Source of the DNA: a virus
Taxonomy: Duplodnaviria; Caudoviricetes
Virus record (IMG/VR): IMGVR_UViG_3300020045_009155
Span: 1-25,667 of that record
DNA: 25,667 nucleotides
Strand: one strand, 5' to 3'
The notes beneath the pieces were generated by a model. The model was not told the origin of the DNA. It did not search any database and saw nothing but the letters and a program-made list of their open reading frames with translations. The position numbers and the translations under genes are program-made. Of this stretch, positions 1 through 7,469 are shown one piece after another; within the stretch, counting starts at the first letter, position 1; the number at the start of each line of letters is the position of its first letter.

Positions 1-155
1 GGCACACCCTTTGCCGGGTTATCAACGAGGGGACGGGTTGCGGATACGAACCAGCCGAAAAAATCGCACAGGCGATATTAGCCGCCGGAAGCATTGTATC
101 CGCTTCGCCGGTTGGACTGACTGATACGCAAACATTTCAACTTGCAGACCAATGA
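1..155 (+). CDS. Partial (5'-truncated) hypothetical phage protein, homolog of 3699..3941
   Basis: Frame from nt 3 reads HTLCRVINEGTGCGYEPAEKIAQAILAAGSIVSASPVGLTDTQTFQLADQ*, nearly identical to the C-terminus of 3699..3941(-). Its TGA overlaps the next ATG. Confidence 0.8.
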   Translation, partial: HTLCRVINEGTGCGYEPAEKIAQAILAAGSIVSASPVGLTDTQTFQLADQ

Positions 156-988
156 CGCAACTTGAACTATTTGCCGGTATTGGTGGCTTCGGGCTTGCCG
201 GACATTGGGCTGGGATCGAAACTGTCTGTCAGGTTGAAATTGATCCATTTTGCCAAAAGGTATTAGCTAAAAACTTTCCCAATGCACACCGACACGACGA
301 CATTAAAACCTTCGACGGCACCCAATGGCGCGGCGTTGACATTATTTCCGGAGGTTTCCCTTGCCAGCCATACAGCACAGCAGGAAAGCGGCTCGGAACC
401 GAAGATGAGCGCCATTTGTGGCCCGAAATGCTTAGAGTTATTCGGGAGGCACAACTGCGTTACGTTGTGGGCGAAAATGTTGGCGGCCTCATTAGTTGGT
501 CAGACGGGGTGGTATTCGAACAGGTGTGCGCTGATTTGGAAGCTGAAGGGTACGAAGTACAGCCGTTTATACTTCCAGCTTGCGCCGTCAATGCGCCGCA
601 TCGAAGGGATAGGGTTTGGTTTGTTGCCCACTGTATTAAAAGAGAGTTACAAGCGAGACAGCCCAGCGGAAAGAAGGCGAGAATCACCACATTTAGAAAC
701 GTTTTTCAAAATGATGATGCTACCAACCCCGACAGCGCAGGACGGCAAAAACACAACTTTGCCACCTTCGCAAATAGATCGGCATACAGTAGTAGGATAC
801 ACTGTAAAGAATCATGGAACGAATGGACGTCTGAACCCCCGATTTGTAGAATGGATGATGGGATTTCCGGTGGATTGGACAAAAATCGAAACAACAGAAT
901 CAAGGCCCTCGGAAACGCCATCGTGCCCCAAGTAGCTTTTCAAATTTTCAAAGCCATTATCGAAACCGAAAAAATGATGAGCCAATGA
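152..988 (+). CDS. C5-cytosine DNA methyltransferase (alpha-type polypeptide, lacking a recognisable motif IX)
   Basis: Motifs I ELFAGIGG, II VEID, IV GGFPCQ, VI GENV, VIII PHRRDRVW and X KALGNAIVP. Confidence 0.93.
   Translation: MTQLELFAGIGGFGLAGHWAGIETVCQVEIDPFCQKVLAKNFPNAHRHDDIKTFDGTQWRGVDIISGGFPCQPYSTAGKRLGTEDERHLWPEMLRVIREAQLRYVVGENVGGLISWSDGVVFEQVCADLEAEGYEVQPFILPACAVNAPHRRDRVWFVAHCIKRELQARQPSGKKARITTFRNVFQNDDATNPDSAGRQKHNFATFANRSAYSSRIHCKESWNEWTSEPPICRMDDGISGGLDKNRNNRIKALGNAIVPQVAFQIFKAIIETEKMMSQ
282..935 (+). CDS. Overlapping +1-frame ORF, putative beta polypeptide of the C5-MTase (true start uncertain)
   Basis: 217 open codons lying entirely within the MTase gene. Encodes LLPT/LPTP and RLNPRFVEWMMGFPVDWT, which resembles motif IX. 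Confidence 0.7.
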   Translation: MHTDTTTLKPSTAPNGAALTLFPEVSLASHTAQQESGSEPKMSAICGPKCLELFGRHNCVTLWAKMLAASLVGQTGWYSNRCALIWKLKGTKYSRLYFQLAPSMRRIEGIGFGLLPTVLKESYKRDSPAERRRESPHLETFFKMMMLPTPTAQDGKNTTLPPSQIDRHTVVGYTVKNHGTNGRLNPRFVEWMMGFPVDWTKIETTESRPSETPSCPK

Positions 989-1467
989 ACCCAATTACAC
1001 AATCCGTCCGAAACCACAAAAGGCGATGCATAGCCGCCTTCCTACACGAACGCACCAAAGCAGGCAAGCGAACGAACGCCCACGACATTGCCCGCGCTTA
1101 TGGATGGGACAGAACGGAAGTCCACACGCTCATTAAAAACATGCTCGAAATCCAACAGGTTACGACATACGGCATTGTCCGGGTTGTCGAAAGCGGAAAG
1201 CACGTATCAAAATCAGGATGGCAGTCTATGACCTATGCCGCCATCCTTCACCACGAAAATCAAAATACTGTCCAAAGGCAAGGGCAGGAACAAGATGACC
1301 ACAAAAGCCCACATAGGCACGTCGGGCGCTATACCGTACCACAAATGCAGGTTATACATGATCAGTGCAAAAATTGGGTTAGCAGTAAGGAACCATTCTG
1401 TTTTGCCATCTCCCCAAAGACGAACATTAAGCGGACGCATGTACCTGTGAATAGCGGCCTCGATTGA
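985..1467 (+). CDS. Putative winged-helix-like protein, homolog of 3409..3702; genuine sequence to about 1265, then read-through into the antisense of the next gene
   Basis: The first ~94 aa match 3409..3702(-), e.g. LIKNMLEIQQVTTYGIVRVVESGKHVSKSGWQSMTYAAIL. Homology stops at about 1265. Confidence 0.65.
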   Translation: MNPITQSVRNHKRRCIAAFLHERTKAGKRTNAHDIARAYGWDRTEVHTLIKNMLEIQQVTTYGIVRVVESGKHVSKSGWQSMTYAAILHHENQNTVQRQGQEQDDHKSPHRHVGRYTVPQMQVIHDQCKNWVSSKEPFCFAISPKTNIKRTHVPVNSGLD

Positions 1468-1605
1468 ATAGGCGTAAGGTAGTCGAACGCGGAACAAAGT
1501 AATGGCGCCAACTTGCTTTTCACGAAGATCAACCCGGTTTGATACACCAATCTTATGGAAAATGGGCCGCCAAGGTGACCACATCAAATAAACACGGTTT
1601 TTCAT
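1213..1605 (-). CDS. GIY-YIG (T5orf172/Mug113-like) domain protein with hydrophobic C-terminus, 3' end altered at the inversion junction
   Basis: Pattern VYLM...KIGVS..V..R.KQV...IEAAIH...GKTEWF, followed by two hydrophobic stretches. Confidence 0.65.
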   Translation of the reverse strand: MKNRVYLMWSPWRPIFHKIGVSNRVDLREKQVGAITLFRVRLPYAYSIEAAIHRYMRPLNVRLWGDGKTEWFLTANPIFALIMYNLHLWYGIAPDVPMWAFVVILFLPLPLDSILIFVVKDGGIGHRLPS

Positions 1606-1841
1606 AACGTCGCTTTTTCGCGTTTCCAGCGTTTAGGATTTCCACATTTACAAGTTCCCAGCATTGCTGTTGCGGTATAACTGTATTGTTCAGCGCCGCA
1701 AACACAAACCCACTTAAAAACACGAGGGCAAAGCATCGGCCTTTTAATATGGATACAATCGCTTCGCAGCCATCTTTTTTGGCCTTCGCGGATGAATACC
1801 TTTTTGCAGCCGGGACATTGATAGAACGATGCGTTTGTCAT
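1602..1841 (-). CDS. Small Cys-rich putative zinc-binding protein
   Basis: CPGC, CVCG and CKCG motifs. Overlaps both neighbours by 4 nt. Confidence 0.65.
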   Translation of the reverse strand: MTNASFYQCPGCKKVFIREGQKRWLRSDCIHIKRPMLCPRVFKWVCVCGAEQYSYTATAMLGTCKCGNPKRWKREKATL

Positions 1842-2188
1842 GGCTTTTCGTTTTTAGCCAACCATGCGGCGGCACACGCTTCGGCGGGGTTGTCGACACT
1901 ATTAAAAGAATCAGAATGATATTGATTTTGAAAAATACTTACAGTCCAGCCATTTCTACTAAACCTAAGATCGGCCTGTCCACCTAACTCCTTCAAAATA
2001 TCGGTTGCGGATGGGGCGAAAGAATAATTTTCCCTCATTTTAATTCCAATATTATCGTAGTCGGTCAAAGCGAGTATATGGTCTGTGTAATTTTTTACCC
2101 AAAAAGCAAGACCAAATTCCATAATTTCCGGCTGCGGAAATCCCGCTTTCTTTAATCGTTTGGCGGTTTCAAAAGATACTACTTGCAT
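1838..2188 (-). CDS. Hypothetical protein, phage ABA-sandwich-like; paralog of 2736..3101
   Basis: Shares FETAKRLKxAGFPQP, FAPSATDILKELG and NPAEACAAAWL with the paralog. The family call comes from motif recall. Confidence 0.7.
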   Translation of the reverse strand: MQVVSFETAKRLKKAGFPQPEIMEFGLAFWVKNYTDHILALTDYDNIGIKMRENYSFAPSATDILKELGGQADLRFSRNGWTVSIFQNQYHSDSFNSVDNPAEACAAAWLAKNEKP

Positions 2189-2739
2189 GTGATCTGGTTT
2201 TTAAAGTTTCCATTCAAAAGCGCCCGTTTCGCGGCAATGAGCGCCAATTTGAGCGCATCGCGGCAATCCTGATTATCGCCTTTTGTTATGACGGTCAGGC
2301 GTTCGGATTTCAAAACCGCGCCGGCTTGCGCTTCCGTCCACTTTGCGCCCTTTTCCTTTGGGCTGACTTGAAACGTACGACTTTCGCCAAAGCGTCGCAG
2401 GGCTGAAATATAGGCCAATTCTGATACCGCTTGGTTGGTGCCTACGTTGCGGCCCTTACGCGCTGTTTCGGCTCGGTTACCTGACGTGTCGAACGACTTG
2501 TTTTGCAGGTTTGAATTTTCGACACAAATAAAACAGGAAATCGGGGAATCACCCGAACGCAACCAATCATGGAAGGCAAGTACGTCGGTCATTTTTTTAT
2601 AGGCAACCGTACGGTCTGACATATCCACAATGGCGCACCAAAAGCCATCTTTGCGAAATGCCGGATCTACCCCGATATAGACAGGTTTGGGTAAGTCGGC
2701 TATCGTTCCGGCAACATGGGGAATGCGCTCTATTTTCAT
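2179..2739 (-). CDS. RuvC-like Holliday junction resolvase
   Basis: RNase H-fold acidic pattern YIGVDP ... ICVE ... VSP ... DCRDA. Confidence 0.7.
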   Translation of the reverse strand: MKIERIPHVAGTIADLPKPVYIGVDPAFRKDGFWCAIVDMSDRTVAYKKMTDVLAFHDWLRSGDSPISCFICVENSNLQNKSFDTSGNRAETARKGRNVGTNQAVSELAYISALRRFGESRTFQVSPKEKGAKWTEAQAGAVLKSERLTVITKGDNQDCRDALKLALIAAKRALLNGNFKNQITCK

Positions 2740-3101
2740 GCATTTTCATTTTTATCCAACCATGCGGCGGCGCAGGCTTCGGCGGGGTTTTCGTGTGAAA
2801 ATCCGCGCTTACAATCGGATATATTTTCAACAGTTTCTACGCAAATAAATGGCCTTTCGTTTTGATTGACCTTAAGCACGTATCCAACACTCAAAAGAAA
2901 TGTCGGCCCCAACTCCTTCAAAATATCAGTAGCGGATGGGGCGAAATATTCATTATCTCCTATTTCTTCGCCATCATCGGCTACATAGCAAATACCTTTG
3001 CCGTTATCTATGTATGATCTTTGGGTAGCGTTAAAAACTTGCGGCTGCGGAAACCCCGCCTCCTTCAGTCGTTTTGCGGTTTCAAAATTTACAACATTCA
3101 T
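2736..3101 (-). CDS. Hypothetical protein, phage ABA-sandwich-like; paralog of 1838..2188
   Basis: Same three conserved blocks as the paralog. ATGA-type overlaps with neighbours. Confidence 0.7.
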   Translation of the reverse strand: MNVVNFETAKRLKEAGFPQPQVFNATQRSYIDNGKGICYVADDGEEIGDNEYFAPSATDILKELGPTFLLSVGYVLKVNQNERPFICVETVENISDCKRGFSHENPAEACAAAWLDKNENA

Positions 3102-3412
3102 ATAACAACTTTTGCAGGCATAATAACAGATACTTCACAACGCGCCGTGTAATACGACGTAAGCGCCTTTGGTTCGTCAACACCTTTGTTCCCGGCGGCA
3201 CGGTACAACCATTGGTCAATCAAATGCGAAAGTTCGGCTTTGTGACCGTCCGGGATTCGTGCCCATGCTTTTGACTGCTTTAGGCACTGTGTCGACCATG
3301 TGCCGTTGATAACCTGCTCAACCGCATTAATCAATTGAGCGCGATAGATTTCGTGTATTTCGCCTGCGTAAAACGCAAGCATGGTAAGTTGTTTTTCGGT
3401 CAGTTCTTTCAT
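3098..3412 (-). CDS. Hypothetical protein (start reassigned to MKELTEKQ)
   Basis: ATG at 3412 overlaps the upstream TGA within CCAATGA. Confidence 0.7.
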   Translation of the reverse strand: MKELTEKQLTMLAFYAGEIHEIYRAQLINAVEQVINGTWSTQCLKQSKAWARIPDGHKAELSHLIDQWLYRAAGNKGVDEPKALTSYYTARCEVSVIMPAKVVI

Positions 3413-3702
3413 TGGTTTTGGTTTTCGTGTTGAAGGATGGCGGCATAGGTCATCGATTGCCATCCTGATTTTGATACGTGTTTTCCGCTTTCGACAACCC
3501 GAACAATGCCGTATGTCGTGACCTGTTGTATTTCCAGCATGTTTTTTATCAGCATGTGGCATTCGCTACGGTGCCAGCCGTAAGCGGCGGCAACATCTTC
3601 TGTGTTTGTTCGAATGCCTTGCTTTGTGCGCTCATGGATGAAAGCGGCAATACACCTGCGTTTGTGTTCGCGTACGCTTTTTCGAATTGGGTTGTTTGTC
3701 AT
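3409..3702 (-). CDS. Putative winged-helix-like DNA-binding protein (start reassigned to MTNNPIR)
   Basis: ATGA coupling at both ends. Conserved in the inverted copy at 985. TEDVAAAYGWHRSECHMLIKNM looks HTH-like. Confidence 0.7.
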   Translation of the reverse strand: MTNNPIRKSVREHKRRCIAAFIHERTKQGIRTNTEDVAAAYGWHRSECHMLIKNMLEIQQVTTYGIVRVVESGKHVSKSGWQSMTYAAILQHENQNQ

Positions 3703-3941
3703 TGGTCTACAAGTTGAAAGGTTTGCGTATCGGTCAGTCCAACCGGCGAAGCGGATAAAATACTTCCGGCGGCTAATATTACCTGTGCGATTTTTTCGGC
3801 CTGATCGTATCCGCAGCCAGTCCGCTCGTTGATAACCCGGCAAAGGGTGTGCCATACAAAACGGGTGCCTTGTAATTCAAAGCGGATTTTTGCCAGGACT
3901 TCGTAGGTGGTCGGTATTGGTTTGGGTTTCGCGGTTTTCAT
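3699..3941 (-). CDS. Hypothetical phage protein
   Basis: ATGA-coupled ORF, conserved in the copy at 1-155. Confidence 0.75.
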   Translation of the reverse strand: MKTAKPKPIPTTYEVLAKIRFELQGTRFVWHTLCRVINERTGCGYDQAEKIAQVILAAGSILSASPVGLTDTQTFQLVDQ

Positions 3942-4087
3942 GGCTCTTTTATTTCGTCGGTTTCGGCTTCCTCATCGTTTACTTCAATCACTTCGGGCGC
4001 AATGGTTTCGATTTTCACCACTTCAAAAAGTGGTATTTCGTGTGCGTTGCTCGGTGGTTTCGGTGCGTTCGGGTCAAAATGGGACAT
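3938..4087 (-). CDS. Small acidic hypothetical protein (start MSHFDP)
   Basis: Fills the gap between the helicase and the next gene, with an ATGA overlap. Confidence 0.55.
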   Translation of the reverse strand: MSHFDPNAPKPPSNAHEIPLFEVVKIETIAPEVIEVNDEEAETDEIKEP

Positions 4088-5420
4088 CTTCACTTCGATT
4101 AATTTTTGGTATGGTAAAATCATAGATTTCGCGCGCTTCGGTCTTTGCATCATGAAACCCTAAAACCGGGTTAAATTGGCATTGACCTTTAAATTGGCCT
4201 ACATTGCGGCCTTTTCCAAGCGTTACGTCGGCATAATTTTCATAGTAAGACATACCAGCTTCATCCTCTGTCAAACCGTAATAACTTGGCCGGTAAAGCA
4301 AAAAGACCATTGTTGCATCTTGTTCTAAGTCGCCACTCCCGCGCAAGTCGGCAATCGTTGGCCGTTTAGCGCTGTTGTTTTCAGCGGCCCGGTTGATTTG
4401 CGCGGCAACGATGATGGGTATTTTAAGCTCCAATGCAAGCATTCGAAGTGATGCGGATGTTTCGGCAATATCATCAAAACGCTGCGCTTTGTCCCCAGCC
4501 CTGATTAATTGCACATAATCAACGGCGGCAAGTCCGATCCCGTATTCGTAATAATGGCGGCGGATACATGAAATCACATTGACAAGGCGGCGTCCCGTGT
4601 TCTTTGCATAAATAGGCAATCGTTTAACGTCCTCCCATGCTTGCAGGTATTCTTTGTTTTGTGCGTCAGTCAGCCCGTGAAAAGGATTTTCAAATCGCTG
4701 TCCGGTCTGCATTTGCCACAACCTTTCTTGTACGCTTTCCGGGTCGTTTTCAAGGTTAATGTATAGGCCGGGCACACCTGCTTTTGCGCTATGGTGTAAT
4801 TGATTCAATGCAAAGTAAGATTTACCCATGCCTGTACGACCTGCTGCCATAATGTATTCGCCGGGCCGAAAGTATGGCACCTTTTCACGAATGCAACGTA
4901 GGAACGGCTCAACAGGGTGATCCATGCGTTTACCGTCTAACGACGCGATAAGCGAAGATTCAAATCCCTGCTTTCCGTCATCGGCTTTTTCACTCACACC
5001 TATAAACGCAGAACGTCTGGCTTTTTCGCTTTCCCTGCGGATGTCATCGGTTGCCATGCCTTTTTGTATCCAATACGGTACGGAGGCTGCAATCGTTTCC
5101 TCTGTCGCCATTTCGTGCGCCTTAATGAATGCTTCGACGGCGGTTTCAAGATCAACGTCCGGGTATTTCATCGAAAGCTGCAAAATACCGTCAACACGCC
5201 GCCCGCATTCATTTGCGACTTCAAAAACGCTGTACGTCATTTGACGACGGTGCAAGGCAAGGCAGGCGCGGGCGGTCTTATTTTCACCTGAAAACATGGA
5301 TTCATTCAGGCGGTCAACGTGCGCGGGAAGATCATACGGCGACGAAATAAGCCGGGCGGTGAGTACTTGTTCGGCTTCTGCCTTGCGTTCGTAAGTGCTT
5401 AGTTGTTTATCGGCTCCCAT
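4074..5420 (-). CDS. dnaB: Replicative DNA helicase, DnaB family
   Basis: Walker A AGRTGMGKS, INLE, VDYVQL, AQINR, RPTIADLRGSGDLEQDA, KGRN. Confidence 0.95.
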   Translation of the reverse strand: MGADKQLSTYERKAEAEQVLTARLISSPYDLPAHVDRLNESMFSGENKTARACLALHRRQMTYSVFEVANECGRRVDGILQLSMKYPDVDLETAVEAFIKAHEMATEETIAASVPYWIQKGMATDDIRRESEKARRSAFIGVSEKADDGKQGFESSLIASLDGKRMDHPVEPFLRCIREKVPYFRPGEYIMAAGRTGMGKSYFALNQLHHSAKAGVPGLYINLENDPESVQERLWQMQTGQRFENPFHGLTDAQNKEYLQAWEDVKRLPIYAKNTGRRLVNVISCIRRHYYEYGIGLAAVDYVQLIRAGDKAQRFDDIAETSASLRMLALELKIPIIVAAQINRAAENNSAKRPTIADLRGSGDLEQDATMVFLLYRPSYYGLTEDEAGMSYYENYADVTLGKGRNVGQFKGQCQFNPVLGFHDAKTEAREIYDFTIPKINRSEDVPF

Positions 5421-6127
5421 TATTCAAAAAGTTTCGGTTGTTCGATTTGGTTTTGCGGCGCGTTCGTTCCGTGTGCAAACAAATTTGTCTGTATACCTTT
5501 CCTCATCCGCTTAACGGCGTCGGTATAATAATCCGGATCAAGTTCAAAGCCGACGTAATTAAATCCCATTACTTCGCAAGCAATAAGCGACGAGGCGCTG
5601 CCGACGTGGGTATCAAGGATTAGGTCGCCCGGTTTGGCGTAGTTCTCGAGCAGCCGGCGGTAAAGAGCGACGGGCTTTTGGGTTGGGTGCTTTCTTTGCG
5701 ACTCCATACCGACAAAGCCAGAATATGGAATTTTTACCTTAATTAAAGTTCGATCAAAACTTGTCCACGCCAGCTCGCCATCGGCAAAAGAAACTCCGTC
5801 AGGCACTTGTTTATCCCAAAAAATCCAAGCCTTTGTTAAGGGGAGTGGAAAGTAATTCCCACCCCAAATGATCTGATTTTTTGAAACTCTGAAAAGCTGA
5901 TCGAAGTATACATCATTTGGTATCGTCGAGTCCCATCCCTTCTCGCTGTGCTTTTTTGGCTGCCCTTTCCGCCTGCCCATGTTGAAATTTATATCTATTC
6001 CATACGGCGGGTCAACGATCGCCAAATCAAAAAACTTGTCCGGGTACGACGGTAGCCCGGTTTCCGGGTTCATGCAGTCGGCAAGTAAAAACTTATTTTC
6101 CACGGCTTTCGGCGTTTCGAAGTTCAA
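5420..6127 (-). CDS. N6-adenine/N4-cytosine DNA methyltransferase (beta class)
   Basis: IVDPPY precedes HPTQKP and LDTHVGSASS...GFELD. Confidence 0.93.
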   Translation of the reverse strand: MNFETPKAVENKFLLADCMNPETGLPSYPDKFFDLAIVDPPYGIDINFNMGRRKGQPKKHSEKGWDSTIPNDVYFDQLFRVSKNQIIWGGNYFPLPLTKAWIFWDKQVPDGVSFADGELAWTSFDRTLIKVKIPYSGFVGMESQRKHPTQKPVALYRRLLENYAKPGDLILDTHVGSASSLIACEVMGFNYVGFELDPDYYTDAVKRMRKGIQTNLFAHGTNAPQNQIEQPKLFE

Positions 6128-6440
6128 AAGATAGTGCAGCGCCTATTTCATAAGCCCGATTTGAAATCGGGATGATTTGATTCAGCGCCGTTTTTTGCAG
6201 TTCGGCGTATGCGCGCCCATATTCAATCCCTGCGGATACTTCTTGCTTGTGCTTAGGCTTTAGCCATGCGCGGGCAATTTCCGCGTTCCTAAGCCAAATA
6301 GCGTCGATTCGCGGGCCATCTAAGAACCAGTCTATTATTTTGCCGGTAAGTGGTTCGGAAAAATCGTTCGTGTAATGCTTTAAAGCATCATGCCTGGCAA
6401 ACCATTCGGCCATGATGCGGCGGGCGTTTTCGTTGTTCAT
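6093..6440 (-). CDS. Hypothetical protein downstream of the initiator
   Basis: ORF overlaps both neighbours in the operon. Confidence 0.65.
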   Translation of the reverse strand: MNNENARRIMAEWFARHDALKHYTNDFSEPLTGKIIDWFLDGPRIDAIWLRNAEIARAWLKPKHKQEVSAGIEYGRAYAELQKTALNQIIPISNRAYEIGAALSFELRNAESRGK

Positions 6441-7285
6441 TTAGTAACAGGGATTTGGTTGTAGAAACGGGTTACGTCGGCTTGTTTTTCGGGTGTTGCC
6501 GCAGGCGTGCGTTCAAATTGCTTTTGGTTTTTCACCCATCTGCAAAAATCGCCGTTATGTTGACTAAACTTTTGGTGGGGATTTCGACTTGAAAAACAAT
6601 GAGAGCAATAATCAACGAGCATTCCTTTTAATTGCTCGTTGGAATACATAGGCCCGGACATCGCTTTTACGCTGTCTATCCATTCACGTGGGTTGGCTTT
6701 GTAGTATTCACCTATCTGTTTTACGAGGTCGGTATGAGTTTCGAGGTTTTGCGGCTTGTCGGAGTGGCGCGGCCCGGCGGCGGAACTTTCTTTATTTAGA
6801 GGGGAAAGGGCATCTAGGCAAGGAAATTGGTTTTCGGCTGCGGTGGCGGGAAGCGGCGTTTTTTCGCCGCGCTTCTCCCCTTCATTGGTTAATACTTTAT
6901 TGGTTAATACTTCTGTGGTCGCGTTTACGACACCCCCCGGTCGCGTTTGCGACCTCCCCCCGGTCGCGTTTACGACCTCCTTTTCTTCGCCCCCTTTGCC
7001 TTTCAAGTTAACCCAAACACTAAGGTATTCGGTTTCAATTTTATATAGGTTGGTAAGCTGAAATTCGCCCTTTTTTCTCTCTGTGCTTGATATGTACCCG
7101 TCTGCAATCAAAGACTTTTTGACCTCCTTAAGTTTGGTTAATCCCCATGCGGTCGAAAGGCATAGCGTCGCGTTTGATGGGAAACAGGACATGTCTTTGT
7201 TTATGTACTTAGATATGTGCAGCAGCAAATAAAGCTGGTCAGCATTGATACCTGAAGTTAAAAGACGATCGTCAACATTAATCAT
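6437..7285 (-). CDS. Phage replication initiator protein with N-terminal HTH
   Basis: CFPSNATLC...L..L...GYI...TNLY pattern typical of phage initiator winged HTHs. Contains iterons and lies upstream of dnaB. Confidence 0.8.
   Translation of the reverse strand: MINVDDRLLTSGINADQLYLLLHISKYINKDMSCFPSNATLCLSTAWGLTKLKEVKKSLIADGYISSTERKKGEFQLTNLYKIETEYLSVWVNLKGKGGEEKEVVNATGGRSQTRPGGVVNATTEVLTNKVLTNEGEKRGEKTPLPATAAENQFPCLDALSPLNKESSAAGPRHSDKPQNLETHTDLVKQIGEYYKANPREWIDSVKAMSGPMYSNEQLKGMLVDYCSHCFSSRNPHQKFSQHNGDFCRWVKNQKQFERTPAATPEKQADVTRFYNQIPVTK
6884..6980. repeat. Putative replication origin: three iterons plus an AT-rich direct repeat
   Basis: GGTCGCGTTT(A/G)CGAC at 6917, 6939 and 6962. ATTGGTTAATACTT at 6884 and 6899. 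Confidence 0.8.
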
Positions 7286-7289
7286 AATG

Positions 7290-7438
7290 CCAAAATAAAA
7301 AGGCGCTGACTGGAGTGCGGGCGGCTGACAACCAAATGCAGGACTTACACTGCATACCCGCGCTCCAATAAGCGCCTAATTGAAAAAATGTAAGTCAATC
7401 GCCAAGGGTGTCAAGTTCGGCGGCCCCGTTGGGCAATA
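7290..7438 (-). ncRNA. P4 CI / P1 c4-like structured RNA leader of the replication operon
   Basis: Long stem 7357-7378/7301-7322 with inner hairpin ATGCAG-TGTAAGTC-CTGCAT. Its loop is the exact complement of upstream GACTTACA (7389-7396). Bulge TGTCA is complementary to TGACA in an upstream hairpin loop. Confidence 0.65.
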
Positions 7439-7469
7439 CAAAAGTAAATCAATTTTCCGTTACTCCAAA
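7439..7469 (-). promoter_or_regulatory. Bacteroidota-type promoter
   Basis: TTTG-19 nt-TACTTTTG on the minus strand. Confidence 0.7.

Larger units (their letters stand above)
1..1265. repeat. Left arm of a diverged inverted repeat: 1-156 matches 3698-3853 and ~985-1265 matches ~3415-3697, interrupted by the MTase
   Basis: Manual alignment gives about 13 mismatches in 156 nt for the first block. The 3' half of the second block differs mostly at synonymous positions. Confidence 0.92.

Noticed and set aside
1266-1467. C-terminal extension of the 160-aa ORF as a real domain
   Set aside because: It is the antisense of the GIY-YIG-like gene past the inversion junction, and the intact homolog stops at this point.
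1-3853. Diversity-generating retroelement template/variable repeat pair
   Set aside because: Mismatches are not adenine-specific, many are synonymous, and no reverse transcriptase is present.
6917-6980. CRISPR-like repeats
   Set aside because: Spacers are only 7-8 nt, the repeats lie inside a CDS and there are no cas genes. Iterons explain them better.
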